A DNA stretch of 64,000 bases from Acidobacteriota bacterium (lineage in GTDB: Bacteria > Acidobacteriota > UBA6911 > RPQK01 > JAJDTT01), in the NCBI GenBank assembly GCA_965209055.1, contig OZ242374.1, forward strand, positions 64,001 through 128,000, in the 5' to 3' direction. A program made the translations under genes and the position numbers. The notes under the pieces are model-generated. The model was not told the DNA's origin. It saw only the letters and a list, made by a program, of their open reading frames with translations, and ran no database searches. Shown piece after piece: positions 1-10,200 of this stretch. How positions within the stretch are numbered: position 1 is the first letter of the stretch; each line of letters starts with the position of its first letter.

Positions 1-383
1 TCGTAGGATTCGGTCCCCCCGATGCGGGCGCTTTGCCGGACCGTGGCCATCAGTTCCGGACTCGAAAAGGGCACCCGGGGATCCCGGACTCCCAGGATGT
101 GAGCCAACCTTTTCCGGTTCGGCTCCAGGGATCGGGCGTAGTTCCCGGGAGATGAGAAGTTGCGGTTCCAGTGTCGCGCCCGGTTCCGGCGGGAGTTCTC
201 CAATTTGCGCAGGAGGAAGCGGTCGGCGCCGGCCACCAGGCGGGAAGCGATGTCTCCCGTCATCTCCAATGGCTGCGTCCGGCGCGAGAGCTCTGAAGCG
301 GGCTGCCCGAAGGCTATCCGGCCATCCGCCCAAGACGCCAACAGGACACCCGCCAGAACCAAGAGGGGAGAAATCTTCACCAT
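1..383 (-). CDS. Secreted hydrolase, probably dienelactone-hydrolase-like (5' part only; runs off the window edge)
   Basis: Not in the ORF track; translated by hand from ATG at 383: MVKISPLLVLAGVLLASWA...TQPLEMTGDIASRLVAGADRFLLRKLENSRRNRARHWNRNFSSPGNYARSLEPNRKRLAHILGVRDPR. Signal peptide present and frame open to the edge. Family call is from recall of similar N-termini. Confidence 0.6.
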   Translation of the reverse strand, partial: MVKISPLLVLAGVLLASWADGRIAFGQPASELSRRTQPLEMTGDIASRLVAGADRFLLRKLENSRRNRARHWNRNFSSPGNYARSLEPNRKRLAHILGVRDPRVPFSSPELMATVRQSARIGGTESY

Positions 384-439
384 TGGGACCCTACGGATGC
401 GGCGGCCGGTTTGCAATTCCAGTCGGCGGACCGTCCCGC

Positions 440-790
440 TCACAGCGGATAGCCTTGGATACGGGCCGAGATCCATGCCGCGACGGCGCCCGCCGCCAGG
501 TAACCGGCCAATCCGGCCAGGAGTCCGGCCCAGAGGCGGGACCGAAGCCTGAGACCCCACCAGGCGCCGGCGATCGCTCCGGCGGTCATCCCTGCAAAGG
601 GAGCATAGAATCCGAGCTTCCCCTGGCTGCACCAGGGGCACCAGGGTCCCTGGAGGTTATGCACGTTGCAGGAGGCCATCCCCTCCATGAGCGTGCACCC
701 GCATCCGAAAAGAAGACCGCAGTAGGCGGTGACGGTGGCCGCCTCCACGACGAGCAGGAGCGCAACGCAGATCAACAGCCGTGCCAGCAT
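440..790 (-). CDS. Small Cys-rich membrane protein
   Basis: 116 aa with about 3 hydrophobic helices and the motif YCGLLFGCGC...SCNVHNLQGPWCPWC; same strand as the downstream hydrolase gene. Confidence 0.65.
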   Translation of the reverse strand: MLARLLICVALLLVVEAATVTAYCGLLFGCGCTLMEGMASCNVHNLQGPWCPWCSQGKLGFYAPFAGMTAGAIAGAWWGLRLRSRLWAGLLAGLAGYLAAGAVAAWISARIQGYPL

Positions 791-980
791 ATTCCAAACC
801 CAGTCTACACTGCCGCCCTTGTCCCGGCTGGGGAGCGACTGCTCGCCAGGGTGATGGGCGATAATAATCCTGCTGGCCCGGTTTGCCGTCGCCGGCGGGG
901 ATTTCGGTCATTTGAACTGCCTTCGGCCCAGCGCATAGTATGAAGGCGTTTTTTACTTGTGGAATGAGAGGAAGGAGGCC

Positions 981-2180
981 ATGAGCACCACCGGGAAGAC
1001 GTTGGTTCGCGGTGATCGGGTTGCAGGGTACAACTTGGAGGAGATTGAGGCGCGCCTGGAGTCCTGCGAGGGGATCTCCGGCGTGTGCAAGACCGATCTT
1101 CCCACTCCCTCCCTGCTGCTGGATCTGGATCTCTTCGAGGCCAACGTCGAGACCATGGCCCGCCACGCCGCGAGCCACTCCATCGGAATGCGGCCTCACT
1201 CCAAGACCCACAAGTGCCCGGAGGTTGCGCGGCGCCAACTGGATGCCGGCGCTCTGGGAATCTCCACGGCCACCGTCTCCGAAGCCGAGACCATGGCCCG
1301 AGCCGGCATTGCCGGCCTCCTGATCACTTCCGAGATGGCGGACCCCAACAAATTCCAGCGGCTGGTCCGCTTGACCCGGCGCCATCCCGACACCATGGCG
1401 GTGGTCGACCACCCGTGGCAGGCGGAGCAGATGAACGAGGCGGCCGCGGCGGGCGGAGTGCAGCTCAATATCATGCTGGACATCGATCCGGCCAACCTCC
1501 GAACCGGGGTCGAAGCCGGAGAGCCGGCGCTCCGTCTGGCCCGGGACGTGGACCGCCTCTCGAATCTGAATCTGAGAGGGGTCCACTGCTACTGCGGAAA
1601 GTCATCCCACGTCCACGGTTTCGAAGAGCGGCGGCGGCACTCGCAGGAATCCATGGCCGCTCCACTGGAGACCTTCTCCAGGATGCGGAAGGATGGGCTC
1701 CCGGTGGAAATCTTCTCCGGTTGCAGCACCGGGACCTACAATATCGATTCCGAAATCGAGGGCATCACCGAGATGCAGGCAGGTTCCTACGTCTTCATGG
1801 ACCTGGATTACATGCGCATCGGTGGCCGAGGGGGCGATGTCTACGATGACTTCGATCCGGCCCTGACGGTCCTCTCCACGGTCACCAGCAGGAACCTCTC
1901 CAGACAGGCCACGCTGGATGCCGGGCTCAAGGCCTTTTCCACCGATCGGGCCTTCGGGCCACGGCCGGTGGGGATCGAAGGCGCGGGCTTTCGATGGGGC
2001 GGGGACGAACACGGCATCCTGACCCTGGAAGCGGCCGGCGCCGATGTCCGTCTGGGCGACAAGCTGGAATTCTATCCCCCCCACTGCGACCCCACGGTCA
2101 ACCTCTACGATCGCATCTACTGCACCCGGGGCGATCAGGTGGTGGAAGTCTGGCCGATCCTCGCCCGCGGCCATCGCTAA
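981..2180 (+). CDS. PLP-dependent enzyme, D-threonine aldolase / D-serine dehydratase (DSD1) family
   Basis: TPSLLLDLD, RPHSKTHK (PLP lysine), RTGV, EMQAGSYVFMD, DAGLKAF, DEHG and HCDPTVNLYD motifs; AGGAGG RBS before ATG 981. Confidence 0.9.
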   Translation: MSTTGKTLVRGDRVAGYNLEEIEARLESCEGISGVCKTDLPTPSLLLDLDLFEANVETMARHAASHSIGMRPHSKTHKCPEVARRQLDAGALGISTATVSEAETMARAGIAGLLITSEMADPNKFQRLVRLTRRHPDTMAVVDHPWQAEQMNEAAAAGGVQLNIMLDIDPANLRTGVEAGEPALRLARDVDRLSNLNLRGVHCYCGKSSHVHGFEERRRHSQESMAAPLETFSRMRKDGLPVEIFSGCSTGTYNIDSEIEGITEMQAGSYVFMDLDYMRIGGRGGDVYDDFDPALTVLSTVTSRNLSRQATLDAGLKAFSTDRAFGPRPVGIEGAGFRWGGDEHGILTLEAAGADVRLGDKLEFYPPHCDPTVNLYDRIYCTRGDQVVEVWPILARGHR

Positions 2181-2239
2181 AAAGGTCCCGCGCCGGCGGT
2201 AGATCCGGATGCACCCCGGGGACACGGAGGGAGGCAAGA

Positions 2240-3859
2240 ATGCAGCTGTCCGAACTGATCGTCCGGGAAGCCAGGGAACGGGGCCTGAACCACTACTTCG
2301 GCATACCGGGAAGCGGGCTGCCCCTGGACATCATGGATTGGGGGCGGCGTCTGGATCTCGACTTCGTCACGGTGGCCCATGAATCCTCGGCGGCCATCAT
2401 GGCTGCCTACTATGGACTCGTGAGAGAGACGGCGGGTCTGGCCCTGGCGGTCAAGGGCGTCGGAGCCGGGAACTTGGCGGGTGGGGCCGTCAACGCCTAC
2501 TTCGAGCGCGTCCCCGTCGTCTGTTGCTGTGAGCGGAGTCCATTGTCCACCGGCCACCTGGAGCTGGTCTGCCAGTGCTCCCACGGGAAGCTCTTCGACT
2601 CGGTGGTCAAGTCGCAGTGTACGGTCTCTCTCGACTCGGCTCGGGAGAGTCTTCGCGACGCCTTCTTCCAGGCGTCCGATGGCCGTCCGGGTCCGGTGCT
2701 GCTGGACGTTCCTACCGACCTGTCGACGGCTTCCGTGCCGGGTGGGACGCTCGCTCCGCTTGAGGCTCGTCCGTCCGCACAGCCCGACGAATCGAAGCTC
2801 GCAGTTCTCCGGAAGGCGTTGTCAGAGTCCCAAAGACCGGTGGTCCTGGCGGGACAGGACGTGGTCCGGGCCGGCGCCTGCGCATTCCTGCACTCGTTGG
2901 TCGAATCCCTGGGAGCCGCGGTTCTGGTGGAGATGGACGCCCACGGAGTCTTTCCCGAGTCCCATCCCCTGTGGGCCGGGACCTTCGTGGGACACCAGAT
3001 TCCCCACACGGTGGAGGGAGAGCTGGTCCCGCAAGCCGACTTGGCGCTTCTGGTCGGCTGCGACAGCCTGGTTTCGGACAAGAAGTGGGAGTCGGCGGCC
3101 CCCGTCTTCGAATTGGCCCAGCGGAAAGAGTACGAATCGTTGGCGGCCAGTCCCCGCCTCCGGATCGACGGCGATCTGAAGACCTCTTTGAGCCGGCTGC
3201 TTCCGCCGTCCCCCCAGGCCGGATTTCCGGCGTCGCAAATCGCGAAGACCCGGGAGCAGGTTTTGCGGCAGTTCCGGCGTCCGGGCGACGCCCGGCTGGC
3301 GGCTCAGGACATTATCGAGATCACGCGGACCCATCTGCCGGATGACGGCCTTCTGATTTCCGAAACGGGGATCTTCATCCTGATGTTGCATCATCTCTGG
3401 CCCGTGGATCGCCCCGGCAGCCATCTCTGCACTTCCGGCGGACGCACCATGGGCCTGATGCTTCCGGCGATCCTGGGAGCCAAACTGGCCCGGCCCGAAC
3501 AACCCATGGTGGGCATTGGAGCCGATGGCAGCACCTTGATGCGGCTGGGGGAGTTGGAGGTCTTCGCCCGCACCGGAGTCCGGGTCCCTCTGGTGATCCT
3601 GAATGACCACGCGCTGGGCACCATGAAGTCGAGGCAGCAAAGCCGGGGAATGGAGGACTACGGGCTGGATCTGCACCCCATCGATCTGGCGGCCGTGGCC
3701 CGGGCCTCGGGTCTGGCCGGTGTCGTGGTCCGGACGCCCGGGGAATACGAAACGGAACTCAAGAAGGCTCTGGTTGCCGACACCACCACTCTGATCGACG
3801 CGCGGGTGGACCCGAAGGCCTACCAGGACAGCTTCGCCGCCACCATCGGGATCGTCTAG
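2240..3859 (+). CDS. Thiamine-pyrophosphate-dependent enzyme (acetolactate synthase-like)
   Basis: FGIPG, HESSAAIMA, GRPGPVLLDVP and the TPP motif ADGS...VILND; GGAGG upstream of ATG 2240. Confidence 0.88.
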   Translation: MQLSELIVREARERGLNHYFGIPGSGLPLDIMDWGRRLDLDFVTVAHESSAAIMAAYYGLVRETAGLALAVKGVGAGNLAGGAVNAYFERVPVVCCCERSPLSTGHLELVCQCSHGKLFDSVVKSQCTVSLDSARESLRDAFFQASDGRPGPVLLDVPTDLSTASVPGGTLAPLEARPSAQPDESKLAVLRKALSESQRPVVLAGQDVVRAGACAFLHSLVESLGAAVLVEMDAHGVFPESHPLWAGTFVGHQIPHTVEGELVPQADLALLVGCDSLVSDKKWESAAPVFELAQRKEYESLAASPRLRIDGDLKTSLSRLLPPSPQAGFPASQIAKTREQVLRQFRRPGDARLAAQDIIEITRTHLPDDGLLISETGIFILMLHHLWPVDRPGSHLCTSGGRTMGLMLPAILGAKLARPEQPMVGIGADGSTLMRLGELEVFARTGVRVPLVILNDHALGTMKSRQQSRGMEDYGLDLHPIDLAAVARASGLAGVVVRTPGEYETELKKALVADTTTLIDARVDPKAYQDSFAATIGIV

Positions 3860-3973
3860 CAGTCCGTGGTGAAAGTCCCGCGAGCACCGAGACCGTTCCT
3901 GCGCCCGCCGGACAAGGCGCGATTCGGGTGCATACCGGGAGTATGTGCCCGAATCGCAACGCAGTCCGCCGGG
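3860..3973 (+). repeat. Left part of a split palindromic (MITE/ERIC-like or structured RNA) element, ending in the attL core
   Basis: 3860-3913 is the imperfect reverse complement of 19993-20046. Internal hairpin GCGATTCGGGTGCATAC-CGGGA-GTATGTGCCCGAATCGC at 3919-3957. Confidence 0.8.
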
Positions 3974-4022
3974 CTGTAGTTTGTGGGATGGACATAACGT
4001 CCAGATATGTCCAGTATTGTAC

Positions 4023-4136
4023 ATAAGTGTCTGTTTATCATTGACTTATCAGGTGTTCGGACGTTCTCCGGTGTCCCATAACGATCCGCTTCGTCCCCTT
4101 GCATCCACGATATTGTGGGGGTATAGTGGTGGGTAT
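4023..4136 (+). promoter_or_regulatory. Candidate att-associated accessory/arm sites upstream of the integrase
   Basis: TAAGT-N15-ACTTA dyad (4024-4048), mirrored near the right end by TAAGT-N15-GTTTA (19951-19975). Tandem GGGGGTAT / GTGGGTAT immediately before the integrase start, as commonly seen upstream of P4-like integrases. Confidence 0.45.
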
Positions 4137-5358
4137 GGCACTCGTGAAACGTCCCCCGAAACGCAAACCGCGCGGGCGGCATCCCCTCAACGCCCTGACA
4201 CCGGTCTTTGTCCGCAACGTGAATCAGGCCGGACGCTACTGCGACGGCCAGGGCCTCTATCTCGACGTCCGGCCCACGGGCAGCCGGGGTTGGATTCAAC
4301 GTCTCACCATCCGTGGCCGCCGAGCCGAGCTCGGACTCGGTGGATTCCCCCTCGTCTCGCTCAAGGAAGCGCGCGAGAAGGCGTTCGCCAACCGGAAGCT
4401 GGCCCGCGAGGGGGGCGACCCCCGGGCCGGGAAGCGGGAGTCCAAGTCGATGCCCACCTTCGCTGACGCCACCCGGACGGTCTGGAAGCAGTTGCGGCCG
4501 GGCTGGCGCTCCCCCCGGCATGCTCGGCTCTGGCTGGCGAGCCTGGAGCACCACGCCTTCCCTCGCATTGGTGAGATGCCGATTGCGGAGGTGACGAGCG
4601 CCGACGTGATCGGAATTCTCGCTCCGATCTGGCACGAGAAGGCCTCCACCGCCCGGAAGCTGCGCCAGCGCATCCGCGCGGTCCTGGAGTGGGCCGTGGC
4701 GATGGATCTTCGGCCCGACAACCCCTGTGACCGGATCGGCCCGGTGCTCGGTGCGCAGGGAAAGGTGGTGCGCCACATGCGGGCGTTGCCCCACCGCGAG
4801 GTGGCGGCCGCACTTGAGTCGGTGCAGGGGTCCAACGCGCGGCCGGTGTTGAAGCTGGCCTTCGAGTTCCTGGTGCTGACGGCGACACGCTCCGGCGAGG
4901 TCCGCAGGGCGGCTTGGACGGAGATCGACCGGGAGGAGGGGGTGTGGACCATCCCGGCCGCACGGACGAAAGGGAATCGGGAGCACCGGGTCCCGCTCAG
5001 TCGTCGTGCGTTGGAGATCCTCAAGGACGTGCGGTCGGTCGGTGGCGTTGGCCCATTCGTGTTTCCGAGCGTGCGCGGCAAGCCAGTCGGAAACACGGCG
5101 ATGGCGGAGCTGCTCCGGAGGTTGGGGATCGCGGCGGTACCGCACGGGTTCCGGTCGAGTTTCCGGGACTGGGCGGCGGAGGAGACGGATCATCCGCGCG
5201 AAGTGGCGGAGGCGGCGCTGGCGCACAAGGTGCGCAACCCGATCGAGGCCGCCTACCGGCGCACGGACCTGTTCGAACGCCGGCGCCGACTTATGGACAA
5301 CTGGGCGAACTATCTGGCTGGCGAGAGCCGGCAACCGGCATCCGGTCGGCTCCGTTGA
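4135..5358 (+). CDS. Tyrosine recombinase/integrase, P4-like with N-terminal arm-binding domain
   Basis: N-terminal DGQGLYL...LGLGGFPLVSLKEAR; catalytic residues intact: TATRSGE (R), RTK (K), HGFR (HxxR), LAH (H), AYRR (Y). Confidence 0.95.
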   Translation: MALVKRPPKRKPRGRHPLNALTPVFVRNVNQAGRYCDGQGLYLDVRPTGSRGWIQRLTIRGRRAELGLGGFPLVSLKEAREKAFANRKLAREGGDPRAGKRESKSMPTFADATRTVWKQLRPGWRSPRHARLWLASLEHHAFPRIGEMPIAEVTSADVIGILAPIWHEKASTARKLRQRIRAVLEWAVAMDLRPDNPCDRIGPVLGAQGKVVRHMRALPHREVAAALESVQGSNARPVLKLAFEFLVLTATRSGEVRRAAWTEIDREEGVWTIPAARTKGNREHRVPLSRRALEILKDVRSVGGVGPFVFPSVRGKPVGNTAMAELLRRLGIAAVPHGFRSSFRDWAAEETDHPREVAEAALAHKVRNPIEAAYRRTDLFERRRRLMDNWANYLAGESRQPASGRLR

Positions 5359-5599
5359 TCCGCCGTGCGTAGAGCGCCAGCTTGAAAGTCTGCGCGAAGC
5401 CATAGTCCGCCGATATGCCGCCGGAAACCCACTCAGGCGCAATCTTCGAGAACTCCCGAAAAAACAAGCCCGCCATTTGGCCTGGTTGGCTTGGTGAAAC
5501 CGGGCCAAGGGTTCGGGATAGGCCGTTGGACGTTGTCCTCTCCCATGCGGGGCATTCTCTCACGACAGACTGGAATTCTCCCTTCCCCATCTTCGCAGA

Positions 5600-5912
5600 G
5601 GCCTTCCCGCAGGGATCAATGAAGAAGTGAGCGACCCCCCCGCGCATGCCGCGCCGGTGTCCAACGGAGTGGAACACTGGCAGCGCTTGCGTGACGTGCG
5701 AGGCACGAAAACAGGGGGGTCGCTCACTTCTCCTCCCCGGACTCCCCGTCCGGGCGCTCCTCCTCCAGGAGGACGGGGACAAACCGAAGGGGCTCAACAA
5801 GATGCCGGAAAGGGAGCTTGTAACACTCGCCGCTCCGGGAGTGGAACACACCCCCCCATGTGTGTTTCACATCCTGGGACTTTGCCGGACAGGCCCACCG
5901 GAGGTGGAACAC
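5600..5912 (+). other. Structured non-coding element, copy 1 (candidate ori/oriT or ncRNA)
   Basis: Perfect 18-bp inverted repeat at 5623-5640 / 5714-5731; GTGGAACAC repeated at 5669, 5841 and 5904; homologous to 6733-6473 on the other strand. Confidence 0.6.
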
Positions 5913-6028
5913 GGACCGGGAGCGGTCCGCCACATTGCCGTCAATGGGACTTTCCGTGCTCTTCGCAGCCCGTGGATCCACGACGTCCACGGGGTCCACC
6001 CGGGACCGCGCGCGGCCCCTCAGGCGCT

Positions 6029-6420
6029 CTACAACCCTCCTCCGGTTTCCGCTGGAATCCGGACCGAGAGCCAGCCGCGGCCCCGGTCGATGCGGATGCG
6101 GTTTTGGGGGATAGGGGCGGTGGCCCGCTCCCGCCGGAGGTCGTCGCGGGCCACCGCGACCACTTGCACCGGGTGGTCTTGTGCGCACAGCGCGGCCCAG
6201 AGCCGGGGGTGCTCCACCCTCCACGAGAGCAACTCCGAGTCGGTGTCCCGGCCGGGATCGACATAGACGAAGGTCGCCCGGTCCTCCTCCAGGGCCAGGG
6301 GGAGCTTGCGGGGGAAGTACCGGCTCCGTCCCCGGGCGTGGCCGGCATAGTGGCGGCACTGGAACAGCCGCCGGGAAAGGCCCAGCGCCTCCAGCGCCTG
6401 CGACAGCTGCGTCACCTGCG
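6029..6420 (-). pseudogene. Internal fragment of a conserved mobile-element hypothetical protein
   Basis: ALEALGLSRRL...Y.G..GRSRYFPRKLPLALEEDRATFVYVDPG...HPRLWAAL resembles the middle of a larger protein recalled from acidobacterial integrative elements; N- and C-termini are absent. Confidence 0.5.
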
Positions 6421-6472
6421 GGCCGACAGGGTTCATGGAGGGGTGAAAGGGCTTCCCGGTGTCGATCCGGGA

Positions 6473-6733
6473 GTGTAAGTGAGACAACGGGGGCGACTTA
6501 CAACAGGGGAGCGAGTTCACTTACACACGCGATTTCCCCGAACTCTTTGTCGCTCATGCAGTTACGGCCACATTCCCGGCTTCGCCGCGCCCGCACGGGG
6601 AAATCGGAGGTGGACGGGAGCGACCCCCCCTTTTTCCTGCCCGGTGCGGGCGCGGGGGTGTTGTGCAACTTACATTTGCACAACACCCCCTGGGGGGGTC
6701 GCTCCCGTCTCATTGATCCCTAGCGGGAAGGCC
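6473..6733 (-). other. Structured non-coding element, copy 2 (candidate ori/oriT or ncRNA)
   Basis: Perfect inverted repeats at 6613-6630/6692-6709 (18 bp), 6654-6668/6676-6690 (15 bp), 6530-6540/6596-6606 (11 bp), 6585-6596/6644-6655 (12 bp) and 6473-6482/6517-6526 (10 bp); ACTTACA/TGTAAGT motif occurs 4 times. Confidence 0.65.
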
Positions 6734-6767
6734 ACAAAAGACACCCGTGCCGGGCAAGATGGGACGT

Positions 6768-7112
6768 ATGAGTGCCCCCGACATCCCCGAGAAACGCTTG
6801 GAGACCCTCAGGAAGTAGGCGGTGGAGAGGCTCCGCGACCGCCGCGCTTACCGCTGTCCGGACTGCGGCAATCGAAGCTTCCCGCGAGGCCGCGCTTCGG
6901 CCACCGTCATGAGGTTCGAGCGAGCCGGTGCCAAATGCCGGGAGTTCCAGGTCCGGCCGGGTGAGGGGTGCTACCCCTTCCTCGTCTCCGATCCGCCCTA
7001 CCGGACAAGCCCGCATTGTCTAACTTATCGTGCTCTGACCCACGCCCCTGCCCCCCCGGTTTCCAGCGGGGTCCACGGTCCAGAGACGTCAAAATCTTGC
7101 CCAGCCCCGTGA
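6768..7112 (+). pseudogene. Possible decayed small zinc-ribbon gene
   Basis: ATG 6768 MSAPDIPEKRLETLRK* continues in frame after the TAG as AVERLRDRRAYRCPDCGNRSF. Confidence 0.3.
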
Positions 7113-7249
7113 GTCTATTTGTATGGAAAACGAGGCAAGGATTCTATCCGTCAGGTCAGTAGCTCCTTCTACACTTCGGCCAGAAGAGGATCCATTGCAT
7201 CATTGAATACTGTCGAAGGCCAACCTTCTGCCGGGAGGAACCGTTCCGG

Positions 7250-10200
7250 ATGTCAGTACCCACCCTGAAGATCGCACATCGTTGCCGATTGCGATCCGCG
7301 ACCTCACTACTAACCGTAACTTTGGGCTTGGTTCTGCTGGCCGTACCGCAGAAAGCCATGGCTCAAATCGTCCCCGTCTGCGACCGAACTCCGGAAGTGC
7401 GTGACGCCATCGTGGAGAAGATTCCAGATGTTTCCGACTGCAGCGAGGTGACTGAGGCGCATCTGGCCGTGATCACAGGTTTCCTCGATCTGGCAGGTCC
7501 GCACGAGTTTTGGGGTGTTCCCAGCGGCCGCCCGAATCCCATTCCAGAGTTGAAAGCCGGGGATTTCTCCGGGCTGTCTTCGTTGGAAGGACTCCTGTTG
7601 CAGTACAATGACCTGACGACGCTGCCCCCAGGTTTCTTCCACGGGCTGTCCTCCCTGAAAACGCTCAACCTGGAGAACAACCGCCTGACCACGCTGTCGA
7701 CCGGGGTCTTTGCCGGGTTGTCCTCCCTGAGAACGCTCGCACTGAGTGGCAATCCACTGACGACCGTGCCGGCCGGGATCTTCTACGGACTCACCGCGCT
7801 GGACAAACTCAGGCTGTCCCTGCATTACGACGAATTGACGCCTTTCCACGGCGGGATCTTCTCCGGACTCACCGTGTTGAATACGCTCTACCTGACCCTA
7901 TCGGGGTTCAATGATCCGGTTCCCCTTTCCGGGGATCTTTTCTACGGACTCACCGCGCTGAAATCGCTCAATCTCTACAGTCTCAATCGGAGCACTCTGC
8001 CCGATGACTTTTTCTCCGAGTTGTCCACGCTGAAAGGGCTCAAACTGCTGGGCAACCGACTGACCACGCTGCCAGCCGGAATCTTTGCGGGACTGTCCTC
8101 GCTGGAATCGCTCGACCTGAATTTCAATCCACTGACCAGCCTGCCGCCCGGGGTCTTTTCTGGATTGTCCTTGCTGAAAACGCTCAAACTGGTTGGCAAC
8201 GAGTTGAGCACACTGCCGGTGGGGGTCTTCGCCGGGTTGCCCTCGCTGGAGACGCTCGAGATGGATGAAAACCGTCTGGCCACTCTGCCGCCCGGGGTCT
8301 TTTCTGGATTGTCCTCGCTGAAAACACTCAATCTGGGTGTCAACGACCTGACCACGCTGCCGGTCGGGGTCTTCGCCGGGCTACCCTCGCTACAATGGCT
8401 GTACCTGTATCGCAACGAACTGACCGCACTGCCGGTGGGAATTTTCTCCGGACTGTCTTCCCTTAAGTTGCTCAATCTGCGTGGCAACGACCTGATCCAG
8501 GTGTCGATTGGCCTCTTCTCCGGATTGTCTTCGCTGCAAACGCTCGATCTGGCGTACAATCGCCTGACCGCGCTACCGGACGGCATCTTTTTTGGGCTGT
8601 CCTCGCTACAATTGCTGTACCTGGATCGCAACGAATTGACCACGTTGCCGGGCGCGGTCTTCTCGGGACTGTCTTCTTTGGAGACGCTCAGTCTGCGTGG
8701 CAACGAACTGACCACGCTACCGGACCGGGTTTTCTCCGGGTTGACCTCGCTACAAACGCTCGTTCTGACAACCAATCGCTTGACCGCGCTGCCGGACGGG
8801 ATCTTTACCGGGCTGCCCTCGCTGAAGAGGCTCACGGTGTCTCAAAACGAGCGTCTACTGACCACGATGATTTCGCTGGAATTCGCTGGAGAAGGCCGGT
8901 TCAGAGCCATGGCGCAAACCGGAGCCCTCTTCGATATCGAGCTTCCGATCACCGTTGTCAACGGTGTCATCGACGGCGGTTCAAGCCAGCAGATCACCAT
9001 CCCCAGGGGCAGCGTGTATAGCGCCACGTTCACCGTTTCCCGCAATCCCGGCCCGGCCTCGACCGTCTTCGTGGATATCGGCGAGTTGCCCGAGATGCCG
9101 AGTTCCATTGATACGGACCTCACTCTGGTCAAGTCTCCCCACTTGCCGCTGATCGTTCTGGAGGAACCAAATCTGCACTTTGCTCATTTCGCCAATGGGG
9201 AATCCATCACGTCCGAGTTGGTGTTGGTGAACGTGGGCGACGAGCCGATCCGTCCGGTTATCTCCTTTCTGGATCGCGGCGGGAATCTCCTGTCCGGCGG
9301 ATGGCTGGTGGAGATGAGGGAAGGCCTGGAGGTCCAAGAGGACGGCTCGGTGAGGGTTCAGACGAGCGTGGAACCCCTGGGAGAGCTCACAATCTCGACC
9401 CATCCTCGAAGGGTGATGGTGTCCGGATCGGTGCGCGTGGTCTCGGACGGTCCCATCGGCGGGGTCCTCCGCTATGTCAATCCGGGCATCGGCGTGGCCG
9501 GGGTGGGAGCGAGTCCACGCGTCCGGGACGCCATCTTCCCGGCTCGAAACCAGGCGGGAGGGATCCGCACGGCGGTCGCGATCCGTAACCGAGGAGCGGG
9601 GTGGATGAGGGTGCGGTGCCAATTGATGCAAGCGGGCGCCGTGCTGGATGAGACGGAGATCTCTCTGAAAGGCGGCGGGCAGGCGGCCCGGTTTCTCGAC
9701 GAATTGTTCACCCAGACCGATACGTCCGACTTCGTTGGGTCGGTGCGTTGTACGGCGCCGCGCAGCCGGCTTTTCACGGGAGTGGCCGTTGAAATGGATA
9801 CCGAGAATCGGATCTTCACGACCCTGCCGATGGTGCCGGTGGAGCCCTTGGCGGACGGGAGCGGGGAAGGGACTTTGGTCTTCGCGCATTTCGGGAACGG
9901 ATCGTCCATTCGATCCGAGTTGGTGTTGGTGAACGTGGGGACCGATCCGATCCGGCCCTCCGTCTTCTTCTATGATCGGCAGGGCGCCCAAATCGACGCG
10001 GAATCGGTGGTGGAAGTGATGGGAGACCTGGAGGTCCGGGAGGACGGAGCACTCGGCGTTGGGACGGAAATGGGGGCGCTGAGCGAGCTCACGATCTCGA
10101 CCCATAGGCAAGGGGAACTGGTGACGGGATCGGTGCGGGTGGAGTCTGACGGTCCCATGGGCGGGGTTCTGCGCTTTGACGTCCCAAGCGTGGGGGTGGC

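Noticed and set aside
3860-3973. tRNA, SRP RNA or 6S RNA as the integration target
   Set aside because: No cloverleaf or T-loop GTTCRA, no SRP GGAA/AGCA motif, and no large central bubble; left as an unclassified hairpin.
3856-5508. Long antisense ORFs (this one, 29082-31517, 48883-51447, 8981-10663 and others)
   Set aside because: Shadow frames of well-supported genes in high-GC DNA, with no recognisable motifs.
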